NCBI RefSeq assembly: GCF_036321535.1
Contig: NC_087436.1
Location: 94,552,001 to 94,616,000, forward strand
Source of the DNA: Camelus dromedarius
Taxonomy: Eukaryota
Direction of reading: 5' to 3'
DNA length: 64,000 bases
Positions 1 to 14,446 of this stretch are shown piece after piece. Made by a program: the position numbers and the translations under genes. The notes under the pieces were generated by a model, which was given only the letters and a program-made list of their open reading frames with translations, was not told the DNA's origin and searched no databases. Each line of letters opens with the position of its first letter. The stretch's first letter is position 1.

Positions 1-1599
1 GTTTACACAAAGAACTATGAGAGTTTAGAAAAAATTTACTGTGTCTGAATGAGAGGGAGTTCAGAGAGATGTTAAAAGGGAATGTTTCAGAAAAGTGACA
101 TTTGGTTAAAAAAGATTTCATCAGAAGGGAGACAGGGGATTTCAGACTGAGTAGGAAAACATGGATTTGGAGATAATCTTAATCTCAGCTTCATGATTCA
201 TTAACAATGTATACATGACCTTAGTTAGGTCACATCTCAAGTTGAGTTTCTCATCACTAAAATGAGAAAGGTTGCCTGAAAGATCTCTATGGTTCTCCCC
301 ACTTACTACAGGATATTTACAGCCGTCTATACTCCAGACAATAATCCCTTCAAAGCAGTAACAATGCTTTATACAGCATTTTATAATCCATTTAAAAATG
401 TATTTCTTGATTATAAAATCCATAAATGTTCTGTATCCCATTCTTCCCACCAAAAAGAGAATATTTTCCATCTCCCCATCTTCAATTTCTCTCTCCCCAT
501 TGGCTTTTCTCCTTTTGCCACAAAAAGTACCTGTACACTAATTTCTCACACTGTAGAAAAAGAGCAAAACTTTACCTGACTCTACTTGGTGATTATTTTA
601 AACAGACAAACTTCTCCTGAAAGAAGTTTTAGCTCACCACTGTAACTTCTAAATTGGCTGTTAATCCCATCATTTGATCAAAACTTCTCAGAGACTGGAA
701 GAAAACAAAATGCGGAAACTACTGCCCACCTAAAATGACCAGCTCGAATTTGCGCCATCTTTCTGATGCTTTCAGTGCTGCTGATGGTGCCTCCTCAGTC
801 CCATTGCTTCTGCTCCTCTTGATATTTATTTCTTCAGTACACACCTAATTCAATTCATTTGATATTTACTGAATGCCTTGCATATGTCATGAGAGTAACA
901 AGATTATGTCTAAGGAGCTTACCATCAACTGGATAAATAACTAACAAGGATGTAAGGTAGAATGTACTTAAGTTCTGGAACATGTATAGAGTCCTAAGGG
1001 AGGTTTGGGAAGGTTCACTGAGGTGGCAGCATATAGGGGTGGACCTGAAGGATCAAGATTTCAACTTATAGAAATGGAAGAGAATCCTATCCAAAAGAAG
1101 AAACAGTAATTCTAAAAGCATAGAAGCAGGAAGCACAACGTGTACTTACAGAAACATTACTATAGGGAGAAAATGAAAGCCCTTTTAATATACACTTATT
1201 TATTTTTATGAAAAGAATGAATGAATTACAGTTAAGGAAACAGAAGATTTATAATGAACATAACAGTCTGCTGCGCACCCAGCCTTTCCCAGTCTCTGGT
1301 CCTACTCTTTAGGGACAAGCTTTCTCAATTGTTTCTCCGGATATGTGCCATATTTCCAATATGATTTGAATATTATTTCTTAATATAAAAAATTTGGATA
1401 TATCTACAAAAGGCTCTGAAGAGGAAAATCTGACATTCTAAGAGGTACCCCTCAAATCTTGCAATACAGATTTATCACTACATTTGGTTAAATCAATCAT
1501 CAGTGTTAACTGCCTTGCAAAAGTTGTTCATGAAGTACCAAGTTGCGTATTTTAACTACTGTATTTTTTGTTTTGAGAGGACCTATGGAAAATTAGCTA

Positions 1600-1830
1600 A
1601 GAGTACTAGCTATGCAGCCATACTGGAGTTCACACCCTGAATAAGGCACTTCCTAGCTGTGTTAACTTGGAGCAATTTATTTAAACTTTCTGCCCATTTC
1701 CTCATGTGTAAAATGAGCAGAGGATCTACAGGGTTGTTGTAAAATCAGATTAAATAAATTAATACATGTGAAAGTACATAGAACAGGTACTTACTGTACA
1801 GCCAAAACATGTTCGCTAATCCTATTACCG
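1600..1830 (+). mobile_element. MIR SINE remnant
   Basis: Core motif acttcctagctgtgttaacttggagcaatttatttaaac...tttcctcatgtgtaaaatgag. Confidence 0.7.
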
Positions 1831-2288
1831 TGGGTTTACACTTGTCTTTCTCTTGTGCATTGCTAGTTGCTCCATCCAGGCAGGACATGAACTGTACAAC
1901 TCCAGGGGCCCCGCTCACATGGAAAGAATTAATGAGGTCATGATATAGGACAATCTGTCTCCATACTGAGTATTTTACCAAGTCCTCTTTTCTAAGAGTC
2001 CTCCCTCCCAAAGCCCTCTGTATTGCTCCAATAAAGCTGGTTTCTTTTTGTGTTGTCATCATGAGTCGTTCCTGTATTCCTTCCCTAGATTAGATCAACT
2101 ATCTCTTTGGCCTCAAGTATCTTTATTTCTTGATATACTACTCCAATTTGCCACAGCACATCTACAAGCAACTTCTTAAAATGGTATGTATAAGTAACAT
2201 TTCTGAATCTTGAAATTTAAAAAAAAAAAAGGTTTTATTCCATCCTAATGATTGACTGCTGAATGAAAATTTAGGTGGAAAATAATTT

Positions 2289-2406
2289 GTTTTTTTAATT
2301 TTGGTTAATTAGGTTTATTTTTTTAAATGGAAATACTGGGGATTGAACCTAGGACCTCGTGACTGCTAGGCACACACACTACCTCTGAGTTATACCCACC
2401 CCCATA
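2289..2406 (-). mobile_element. tRNA-derived SINE (vic-1-like)
   Basis: Minus strand GGGTATAACTCAG...GGTTCAATCCCCAG (A/B boxes), A-rich tail, TSD gaaaataattt at 2278-2288 and 2407-2417. Confidence 0.88.
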
Positions 2407-3174
2407 GAAAATAATTTCTATCAGCAGTTAAAAACTGCTTCACTGTCTCCTAGAATACAGTGTAGCTTTAAAGAAATCTACAAAGGTTTCCTTTTCCTCT
2501 TTAAGATAGATAGATATATAGCAAGTTTGTAGATTAATGTAAAAAAAAAAGAGAGAAATTAACAATATAGAAGATGGGAGCATAGTCTTTAAATGGATGA
2601 GAGGGAAGACAGAGTATATAATAGCAGATGCAGGCAGGCAGACACATTGGATAATGAAAAAGTGTAGTGCTCCTTGCTTCTATCTCTCAATAATATAAAA
2701 AAAAATTAGCACAGGAACAACTAAATTTCCTTGTCAATTGCCTTAGAGTGAGCTCTCATCAGGCCTTAAAAACAAACAAACAAACAAAAAAATCAGTTTA
2801 TTAGTTGTGAGGGATTAGAAGCTGTTGGAGATCCGAGGTAAGTAAGTTGTCCAGTAGTCACCTCAGAGAGTGAGATTGAGATGATCAGGAAAATATAAGG
2901 TTGCAGCCAAGTGCTAAGGGCCCACTTGAAAATAGTGGTTATCAGTTCACAGTGAGAACAGTCAGCACAACTCTTTTTCTCCAGGTAGATTCTACTATGC
3001 AGGCACAGGAGCTGTCTTGGCAAAGATGACATATTACAAGGAAGGTCAGGAAGCAAAGGACAAGGGGATGATTACAGCAGTGGCCCATGGAAGCTAAACT
3101 AGGTAAAGATCAATAGCAATGAGCGCACCTCTCTCACCTTCAGGAATGTGGGGTGTGGGATTAAAATTAGTCAC

Positions 3175-4800
3175 TGAAAATTATAAATCAACCATACAAA
3201 TTATCACTTTAGATGTAAATGGTCTAAACACACCAGTTAAAGGACTATATATACATTGAAGATAAAAGGATGGAGAAAGATGTATCATGCAAACATTAGC
3301 CAAAAGAAAGCTGGAATATTTATGTTAATTACAGATAAAGTAGACTTCAGAACTTCAGAACTAGGAATATGATCAGAGATAAAGAACACTGGAAAATGAG
3401 AGAGGTCAGTTCTCCAACAGAATAACCCTAAATGTGTATGCACCTAAAACAAATGAGCTTCAAAATACAAGAGGCAAAAATACAGATCTGAAAAGAAAAA
3501 TACACAAATCCATGAACACAGCTGGAGGCTTCAACAAGCCTCTCAGTAACTGACAGTACAAATATGCAGAAAATTAACAAGACATAGATGACCTGAGCAA
3601 CACTATCAATCAACTTGATTAACTGACATTCAGAATATACTGCTCAACAATGTCAGGTTATACATTCTTCCCAAGTACATATGTAACACTCACCAAGACA
3701 GACCATATTCCAGGCCATAAAGCAAATCTTAATAAACTTAAAATAATAAAAAATCTGAAAAAAAGTTATCAGATCCCAATAGAATTAAATTAGAAATCAA
3801 TAAGAGAAATATCTGGGACATCCCCAAATATCGAGAATTAAGCAATATGCTATCTAAGTAGCTCTTGGATCAAAGAGGAAGTCTCAAGAGAATTTTAAAA
3901 TAATTTAGTATGAAAATGTAACACTGAAATTTGAATTGCATGTAAAGCAGTGCTTTATTTCTTTTTTAAAATTTACTTATTTATTCATTCCTTAATACGG
4001 AAGGTACTTAAGATTTGTGTTTTCGTCTTTGTACTCCTTTTACTGTATGTAGTATATGAAATGGTGTATTTCTAAAGATCTAAAATCAGGAACTTGAGCT
4101 TCCACCTTATGAAAAAAAAATTAAATCTAAAACAAACAGAAAGTAAAGAATAAAGGAAAATTAATGAAAGTGAAAACAGAAAAATAAAGAAACATTTGAG
4201 GAAGAAATACTAATTTTACATAATACCTTCAAGAAAATGGAAGAGGTGGGAACTCTATTTATTTTATCAGGCTATCATTATCAAAACCAAGGACATTACA
4301 AGAAAACCACAGACCAAAATCCGTTATGAACAAAGATGCAAAAATCCTCAAAATATTAGTAAATTGAGTCCAATATCATATAAAAAAAGTAAAACATCAC
4401 GACCAAGTTGGGTTCATTCCACGAATGCAAGGCACTTCAACATTTGAAAATTAATCACCATTTTAACAGACCAAGTAAGAAAAGCCACATGATCATCTCA
4501 ATAAATGTAGAAAAAACATATGACAAAATTCAGCATCCATTAAGCTGGGATTAGGACAGTTCCCTAACCTAATAAAAAGCACCTATAAAAAACTTACAGC
4601 TAACATAATTAATGGTGAGAAGCTAAATGCTTTCTCCCTAGGTTGGGAAAATTTCAGGATGTATTCTCTTACCACTCACATTTAACATCACACTGGAAGA
4701 CCTAGCCAGAGCAATTAGGCTAAATAAATAAAATACAGGAACAAGACTGAAAATGAAGTAAAACTGTCTCTATTACAGATGACATGCCTGTGAACTTAAA
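3175..4800 (+). mobile_element. Old L1 ORF2 fragments (endonuclease/RT), decayed
   Basis: Motifs aatggtctaaacacaccagttaaa, accaagacagaccatattc, gatgcaaaaatcctca, ttacagatgacatg; many stops and deletions. Confidence 0.85.
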
Positions 4801-7800
4801 AAAGTATAACTACCAACTGAACACTCTGGGGGAAACAGTGGCCTCAGGGAGTAGTCAAGCTTCAATTTTGTTTATGACAATTCTAAGAACTAGGGCATGT
4901 TAAAGGGAGGCTGAGAGGTCAGTTAGTAAGACTTGAGTCAGATTAGGGAATAGTTTCATAAGGTTTAAAGTCTACGTGTTGTCAAATAACCTCTGAATCT
5001 TGAACAGGATGAGTAAGACAGACCAAATGAAAATCACAATGGGATTAGTCTTGAAAAAGCTTTCGAAGTTGGACAGTCAGTTATGATTACAGCTTCCTTC
5101 TTGGCACGGGTTCCTTGGGCTGTGTGAGGTGGTAAAGTGTGCGACAGATCATGGCGGTCTTAAGAGCACTGCAAGGAATGCTTTGGTTCTCCCTTAAGTC
5201 CTCTCAGTACAGAAATAGATTTGAAAGAATTTTTTTTTTAAACTTCAGTGGCCATTTTAACTTTTTAAAAGGTCTTTATTTTTTCAAAGATACTTTTTTT
5301 CATAGCATCCTGCTGTTACTGTAGGGGTACAATGAATTCTTCAATGTCAATTAAGAGTAATTACATTTTTGTTTTAACTACTGTTGTGTTCCCTACATTG
5401 TTTCCTCCAGTTTTTTCTTTTTCTTTTCATCTTGGTTTCTTTCATGTTGAAGGCATTTCTCAGAAATTTTATCTTAATTTTCTGCATATGGCTAAGGGCC
5501 AGGCAATGAAAGACTGATGGAGAGTACTGTGACTGGAGTTTACTATCAGGCTGCTTCTTTAAGATGACCATGCAGAGTGGGGACTGAGAATTACATATCA
5601 TGTTTTCCGTTAACTCCCATTTTTAGGCTCTTATCTAACTTATACCTTCACACAGTGCCTAGTCCCTTCAAGGCCCATACCCCTCCACAGTTCAAAGCTC
5701 TCTGTATTCTAGCTGGGCTGTAGCTGTTTCCATGTATAGCTTTAGTTTACACCTGTCTGACTTCTACTTTGCAGGATTCTGCTCTCATCCACTGTTGAGT
5801 CCATCCTATTTTCTTCACTGTTGTCAGCTTACATGTTTCATTATCTTGTATTCATTTAAGTGTATCTTAGGACAAATGAAGGATAAATGTGCCAAACCAT
5901 TTTAGCTTTAATCAGAAGACAGCACTGAATTGCTAAAAAAGTGAAATCAGATGTTTAATATGGCTTTGAAAATAACTGTTAAGATGGCTCTTAACAGGAT
6001 GGTAAAATAAGAACATAGGTTTAGATATTAGAAAGGTCTGAATTTGAAACCTGATTTGGTTGCATTACTATTGAGTCCTCCTAGTCAGTAGTTCGTCCTG
6101 TTTCTTCAAATGTAAAATGAGTGGAATAAAAAAGAATTCCATTTGTTTTGAAGAATTCAATGAGGTAACAGATAATTTATAAAATGCCATTTGATACACA
6201 GTAAAAACTCAATATTAATTCCCATTCTGCTTTTAAAGACAACACTAAGATTATTCTTAATCAAATTAAAGAAGTATTCTAATTTTCTATGAAACAATTA
6301 AGACTACAAAATGCAAGTGAATCAGGGACCTGAACATAGGGGAATATCAATGTAATTTAATCTTTAAAGAGATGCTCAGTCACAGAATACTTTAACTTAA
6401 AAACAAACGCGTATTACTTTTACTTCCACATTCATATTTTTAGACAATACTAATATTCAACAAGAGTGAGGGTACTCTATCATATATGTTAGTGGTAATA
6501 TTTATTAGTACAGTATCATGGGAAAATATTTAATAATAAAGAAAACTTCTGAAGATTGCCCTTAAGGAAATAATCTGAAGTGCATACAAAGTGGCTCAAT
6601 GTAACATTATTTCTTATTTTATCAAAATAATATGTATAGATTTAAAGTCAAATATTACTAAAAGATTAATTTAAAAAAACAAACACATGACTGTTAAAGG
6701 TTGCAGAATTTGTTTTGGAGTAATAAAAATGGTCTAAAATTGATTGTGCTGATGGATGCACAACTCTGAATATACTAAAAGCTCCTGAATTGCACATTTT
6801 AAATAGGTGGGTAATATGGTATGTGAATTATAGCTCAATAAATGTTAAAAACACATATAGGACAGATCTTGACACACATAACCCATCTCATTCTTCAAAG
6901 ACAAATATTTCAAAGGAATAGGTTTACACTGCTACATTAGTATTTGTTGACTTAAAACATACTTTCTAAAGGCAGACAAGCACCTAGTTCACTTACACGG
7001 GCCCACTCTTACTTCCATTCTTCATTTCTCAGTATTTGGCAATTCTGGCAAAATAGTTTATAACTATTTTTATGTTTATATTTATGACTATATTATATAA
7101 CCACTGATCGCCTAATGAGCATATTTTGAATGTGCTAACATCTTTGTTTTTCTATTTGGTTAGTTTCCTGTGTATCTATTATTGTCAATTTATTCCTTGC
7201 ACTCTAATTAACCCCAATTTAATTTCATACATAAGATATATCAAATAACCTATCAGTTCCTTTCTTTTCTTTTATTGATCTTCCACTGGACTATTTCATC
7301 CTTCTGGTCCTCAATGTACTGAAATGGCTGCTCAAGGTTGGTGCCAGCTGGTATTCTGAATTTCTTTACTCATCCCAGGAATAGCCAGCTCCTATGTGGC
7401 ATCTCATGTCTTTCTTTTGTATGGCTTACTCCTCCATTCTGGTGGAGTGTATCATTCCCAAGAAAAAGACAACAGAAGACAAAAGATTTTTGAGACCTTG
7501 AATATATTAAAGTATTTTTATTCTACACTGACACCTCTGCTGGGAATGGAGTTCTTAGAAATAAATTTCACTCAGAACTTAGAAGTCTTTGCTTCCCACA
7601 TCACTGATAAGAAACTGGGTAACTGGATGCCATTCTTATTCCCAATTCATTTCAGGGGCCCATTCTCCACACTCTAATCCCATTTTTTGGACTTTCTCAC
7701 TTTTCCTAATGTTCTGGAACAAAATGCTTTATTTTGGGTCTTTTTCCATTCATTGCATTAATTGTGCTCGGTGCTTTCAAAGTGGAGAAGAGTGTCCTTG

Positions 7801-10451
7801 ATTACCTTCTTGATACTTTGCTTTATTCCATTTCCTTTAAGAAATCCCTATTAGTTAAGATATTGGATCTTCTGGAACGGTCCTCTTTTAAAAAAAATCC
7901 ACCTTTTTGTATTTTAAAATCTTTCTTACACTCCTTATTTTAACTAATTTTTAATTTGAACTATATTTAATTTACAAAATCTATTTTTAAAGCATTCTGC
8001 AGCTCTTCATGGATACAGTTAAACATAATGGGTACTGTATTGATCCTATCTTGGTCTCAGGCATTAGTATTAGGTAGTCAATCTTCAAAAATCTGGTGAT
8101 TCTGAGTTTGTTCACACTTTGAAACTGTGTGGGGGCTCAGCTTTTCATTGGAATTGTCAAACATCTGAATCTCTTTGAAGGTCTTTTGTATGGGTCCACT
8201 GAGTTTCTATAGAAAATGATCCTCCCTTTTTCCTTGAGACCTAACTCTCAGCATTCTAGAAACTAGGAATATGCAAGTATACAGAATTTTAATTTATCTT
8301 CATTTTCAATCTATGACTGGCATCTCTCAGTCTGAAGACTTGTTTCAAATTCACAAGACAGCAATTCTCCTTCCATATGAAGGGGATGATAGTAAACTAT
8401 CTACCTACCTAACTGGGCAGAAAGGAACAGACTTTCAGTTCACTCCACTTACAACCCAAAATTTCATCCTCACATTCAGCAGGGTATTTTTTGTCCCATT
8501 TCTAGGTCTTTCTGAGTCTTAAGGAGCAAATCAGTTTGCTTCTAAGTAAGTACTTCTTCTGTACACAAGGAGGTTTGAACTTCCTCTGCTATACCAAACT
8601 AGTTTCTACTCTTCCGTCTGCTTTTCATCTTCCAAAAGTATTTTGACATTTTGTCTTCTCTTCCATTCTGTGTCTCTACAGATTTATACCTTTAGAAATG
8701 TCACTCCAGTGGAGTTTTAGGAGGCAGCTAGTATTAAAGAATTTATAGGACCCATTATGTTTAAGCAAAGTCCAGGCAGCATAATTTGTTATAAACAGGA
8801 AACAATCTACACATCTAGTAGGGTGACTGATATATAAAGTATGGTAGCCCTATTCAATGGCCTATTTACAGCCATTCAAAATATTTATATAAAGAATTTT
8901 TAAAGAACTGTGATTATCAGTTTTAAGAAGGTGAATATTGACAATTATATAGTATTAGTTTAATTGCATAAAAACAGTATAGCAAGGAAATAATACTCCA
9001 AAATGCTTAGTAAATCCTAGGAGGTAGGGTTAAAACTTAATTGAGTCTAAGGTTCTTGAAATTAGCACATTTTTATCACTAAAACTGCTTTTAAAAGATA
9101 AAAGTAAAGCAAGAAATATAGTGGATAGAAAACCCAAGTTCTCAGTTGACATTGTCAGCCATCATGTTATCTCTGGGCAAGTCAGGGCCTCATTTTTTTG
9201 TATCTGTAATTTATTATAGATTGTAAGTGAAGGGCTGTTAGGATTTTCAGACCAGTTGGGTATTATGATAAAGGCCAGGCCCAAATTGTGAGAGTTAATG
9301 AATGAAGAGAAGATACGCAGCAAACTATTCAGAAAGCAGTATTCTGTAAATGTGACAGAACTGAAGCAGGGAAAGGAAACCAAATCATGACCAGCTTAAG
9401 GAAAAGAGAGATGGAGGAGAAAAAATGCTAGATGCCCCCCACCCCCTCAACAAACAAAAAACCTCTAAATAAGACCCGTAGAAAGTAACAGCATGTAAGG
9501 AGGTATGCACAGGAAGAGAAGCAGCTTACTAAAAGGCCCAGTTAAGAGAGTATCAATCTACTGAATTAAATTGAGAGATCTGGGGCTAAGGAAGCACGGG
9601 CACACTGAACAAATTAAAAGGATTACCATTTAGGACCAGAGACTTTGACTACACTCCCTACATGCATTTCATCCCACACAGGCACTCTTTTCCTTCCATA
9701 GGTTCACAACCTTGACCTTCTTTTATTACATCTTGCCTTTCTTTCTTCATAATTTCTCCCCATCTCATCTTTTAATTACTACCCCAATCTAGGTATCCCA
9801 ATCTCCTTGTTACTTTTCCTGACTTCTACTTCAGTTCCAAAGCAACTGCTGCCTCAGTGAGTAAATGCCCCTTACCTGTACATTCCTGCCCCCAGTCACA
9901 CTATTTGGTCAATGCTTTTGTGCATGCAACAGCCCTCCTTCAACCTAAATTCCATTACTAAGTGAAAATAAAGGTTAAGGATAAAAATAGAGAGTCGAGG
10001 TACTAGGTGGAACTGATAGAAGAGACATGTAATTAACTTCCTGTTACATACAAAATCTAGAGGTATTTAAGGAGGAATAAGCATTTGCTTAGTGACCTGG
10101 AGGTAACCTAAAAAACAAAATCGGAGACATTTAAAAGCTCTTGTCTCTATGGATTAGTACTAGAGATAGGAAGAGGATCATACATTTTCTACCGTGGACT
10201 CTTCGCTGTTAACTGATTTTTAAAAATATGTTTATCTGGAAAAATAATTTCTTTAGTGAAGAAAATCAACTATGTTAACAATCATCTCAGCAGACTACTC
10301 TCCTGATTCTGTTTCCTTACCTAAATTTTGCCTTTTGATTTTATCTCTAGGTCATGATATCTTAAGGTCAACCTGCCAGGAGCTACCTCTCCTCATATAC
10401 ACAGAAGTATGACATTATGCAACTAAGAAATTACCTGTAACAAAATAAAAT

Positions 10452-10619
10452 GGGCTAATTAGATGTTGTGGTATAGAAGATCATTTTCCATAGGTCCCAT
10501 AAACCAAGAACACTGCTATTTATTCTATTTATCTATAGATTTTAGGGCTAATTAGATTTTGTGGTATAGATGATCATTTTCTATAGGTCCCATAAACAAA
10601 GAACACTGCTATTTATTCT
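10452..10619. repeat. Direct duplication of a 75-bp unit with an 18-bp spacer
   Basis: 10452-10526 vs 10545-10619, 4 mismatches. Confidence 0.92.
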
Positions 10620-12490
10620 GTTATTCTGAGTATCAGAAAAAGTACATTTGGTGCTGGTAGAGCAACTTCAGCAGAAGTCATAAAACCCTGCAAGTGAACC
10701 TAGTTCGTCACAACATTCAATTCATACCATGAGGACTGGTTTGGATATACTTTCCGTGGAATGAAGACCTCACTCTCACCTGAACTGGTTTTCCTTGTCA
10801 TGCTTGCAAATGATCCCTCCACAATTTCCTATTTTTAAGGAAAACAAGAATAGCATTTTAGGTCTCAAAATGCCACCAGGTTTAGTAGGCACATACAAAA
10901 CAGTATTAGGGGCTCTTCTGAAAAAATAACCTGTGACTCTGGGTATCCAACTTATTTTAATTGATCTATTTTTAAAAAGATGACTGGAAGGTCCCCCTTT
11001 TCCTTAAAATTTTGTAGTTCTCAGAATACAGTTAGGAGAAACCAGTAGAATGTCATTAATCTTGTTCCTCAGTATTAGGACAGAAGGTCATTCATCTATC
11101 AATATAATGCAAATAATAATGCCTATAGCAAGTATGTATTTCACATTTAAAAATGAAGAGCTGAGGAATAAATACAGTAACTAAAGAGCTGAATGTTAGC
11201 TGTATAAGAGAAGAAAAAGCACTATTAGTTACCCTTAAATCAAAATTAGGTATATTCTTCTGTACATATAAAAAAGCTTTTATGCTGTAAGGGAGAAACC
11301 AAGTTCTAAGTATATTAACTCAGTAAGAAATAAAATACTTTCGGTTTCTCAAATTTCGTCCTCAGTTTTCTCAGTTTTATACTGTTTGCCTTGTTTTATC
11401 CGTGTATCTTGAAAAAGGCTCTACAAATACCATAAACTGAATATTTAAACAGCTTGGCCTTGTTGACTATGGTTCAACATCTTATTAAAAGGTAATTTAC
11501 CAAAACAGTGTAATTTACAACAGGAAAATTAGGCAGAATTATTAAGTTTTGCTTTAATGTATTTCCACTGAAATTAAATGAGGGGAAATGAACATTACAA
11601 CATGAAGACTTGAGTAGACCGTATTATTGTAGGGCATACTCCTAAAAGCTTATTAAAGAATTCGTGCTAATTCTTTACTTCTTTGATGAATGAAATAAAA
11701 CACGTACCAAGTGTTTACTACCCTTTAAATTTGACCATTCTGTGCTAGGGACTGGCATGGAAGCTCACTTGAATTCCATCTGTTATCCTTGATTTTTGGT
11801 ATGTGCTCCATGAAAAGAGCACTTCGTACTGGTATTCCAGTCAGAAGCAATTCCATCTCCAGGCTACAGAAACTCAACAGGCCTGCTGAATGCTGATTAT
11901 GAAATGCCCTAGAGACACAAAGTAACAATCAGTTTGCCATGTGAAATAATTAATACAAATCCTAACCAACATAGCCTCTTCTAATTATCAGAATCAAATA
12001 AAGGCAGGAGCACTTCAAGAATAGTAACCCAAGACCTTCTGAAACAATTCAGAGTCCTTTTCACTTTAACAGCCACCCTTTCCAGGAAGATCTGTGTGCT
12101 TGTGTGAAAACAAACTAAATAGTATTGCTTTCGGTATCTACTACTTCTGGATTACTCTAAATTTTGGATTAAAACCTAGCCAAATAATGGCATATTTTCA
12201 AATAAATAACTTTAAACAGAAGTAAATAATGTCAACCCATTTTAAAATTCAAAGAACTAATGTAATTTATTTCATTTCTCAACACATGCATATCGCTATA
12301 AAGTTTGCCTAGGAGAAATATCTTCCTGGCTCTTTTTCTTGTTTAAAGTAGTGTGTAGGCTTAACTGCCTATCCATTGATGAGTACCCAGAAAGAAGATA
12401 TAAACCATTTTCAGGGGAAAACATGCATGCATTTATTTTTAAGAATTCCCAGTAAGGGGGGAAAAAAAATTCAACATCTTTAAAAATGTG

Positions 12491-12496
12491 TTTATT
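12491..12496 (-). terminator. Probable distal polyadenylation signal AATAAA
   Basis: Minus strand TTGTACACAACTGATTTTTTAAAAAATAAACACA followed by a U-tract. Confidence 0.5.
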
Positions 12497-14355
12497 TTTT
12501 AAAAAATCAGTTGTGTACAAAAGTGTTTTGTAGTTCTTAATTCTCAAGACAAATACCCAGCCCTCCACCCCTAGCCCACCCTGCTTCAATGGTCTTTCTG
12601 GTAACCCACCCATTTTCCCCTTACAGGAAGTTAACGGCTCAGAATAGATCCTCCTACAGAATTTATCGTCACTAACAGATTGTTTAGAATAGAGATCTAG
12701 AGAAGCTAACAAGCAAGATTCTTTCTCGGTGAGGTTAATGAGAATCCCTATAATGGCAGTAGACTTCCAGCAGACACCACAACAAAGTACCATCAATTGC
12801 TGAAAGCTAAAAAATAGATATTATTTTCAATAGTATTTCATTTTCTATTGGAAAAGTCTTTAAATTACATTAAATAAGTCTCTTTCCCCCCCAAAGAAAT
12901 AGTCTAGCTTTTATTATGATGCCTGTAAAAAGTAGGTAACAGCAAGCACACAAGGATCATTTAACAGCACAGTGCAAATGATTTGAATCCACTCACCCCC
13001 CAGAATCCAACTGATAAACTGTGCCACACCTGATTATATACATAAGCACTGATTATATATATGTATGTGTATACACAAACATACACACATACATATATAT
13101 TCAAAGCTTGGTTGAAACAACCAAGCAAAAGTTGACACATTCACAACTCACATTTAGGTGATGATCACAGGTTTAAGAGGGTAGATCAGTCCAACAGAGC
13201 AGTAACAGAACAAATGGGACAAGTGAGATACTGACATTCTCCCACTGCTATGCCACAAGATTTTTGATCCATATTGCAACAGTGCAAACAGAACATGTGA
13301 CATCGTATGTAGACACTGCAAAAAAGTCACACTTGGGAAAAAGGCTATTTATCAGTAAATACTACAAGTTGCCTTATTCCCCAATGATAGTAAATAGCTA
13401 ATGTTAAGCATTTATTTTAAACTGGTACTAAGGAATGGCAATGCAAATTTTTAAAACCAATGGTTTGTACCCTGGAATTGAAATTTCTTGAACTAGAAAA
13501 AGTGATTAATACAACATCATTTTGTATAAATTCATGAAATAAAGTTAACTGTAAACAGCTTTCTTTTCCTACCCAAACATTGATTGTTTCCATCTATGTG
13601 CAAGAAAGTATAATTGGCTCCAACTTTTCTCTACCCAAATCCACCTTTAAAACACCAAAAAATAAAATAAAAAAATAATTAAAAAAATAAATAAATAAAG
13701 CAGCAAAGCTTTTATTTCCTGGGCTGCTAACAAGGATTGTGGAAACATTATCATACCCTTATGCAGAGTTTTAAAAGCTGAAATCAGGCATACACTCATA
13801 GCCAAGAACTGCTTTTCACATTAATAAACTTATTAAGCAGCAGGAACATATGCTGCATAATGCAGTGCATAAATAAGCAATATCCACTTTATCTGCCAAT
13901 TCTTTCCTATACTTTAAAATTATTTTGCATAGATTTAAGCACTACCAGCAATTACAAATGTGAAATATTTCCACAAAAAGAAAAAAATCAGCCTTACTTT
14001 CATAGATTACTCTCCCCAAAAGCAAAATATTCTGAATCCAAACACATAGATACATATTCTTGAACGTGTTATGTGTTTTAAGTAAACCATAGTCACAACT
14101 CTAAACATTTGGGGGAACCAACACAGAGCATCTAATTTAGTACCAAGTTCCTCAAATATTTATATATCTCTTACTGTATACTTATTTGGGTCACAAATTG
14201 CTCATTCATTCAGTACTCTGTACTGAAATACTACACAACTGATTATTTTTTCTTTTAAAAGTCAGGCACATACTCAGGGAACAGACCTGATTACAATAAA
14301 AACCTATTGGAGTATCAGTGACTTCTAGCAAATCTGCCTGCCCTAAATGGGTTAT

Positions 14356-14358
<3 letters not shown>

Positions 14359-14442
<84 letters not shown>
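14359..14442. repeat. (TG)42 microsatellite, followed by short (TA)n(CA)n
   Basis: Perfect TG run read directly. Confidence 0.98.

Positions 14443-14446
<4 letters not shown>

Noticed and set aside
10452..10619. CRISPR-like repeat-spacer array
   Set aside because: Only two 75-bp copies in mammalian DNA with no cas genes; it is a local duplication.
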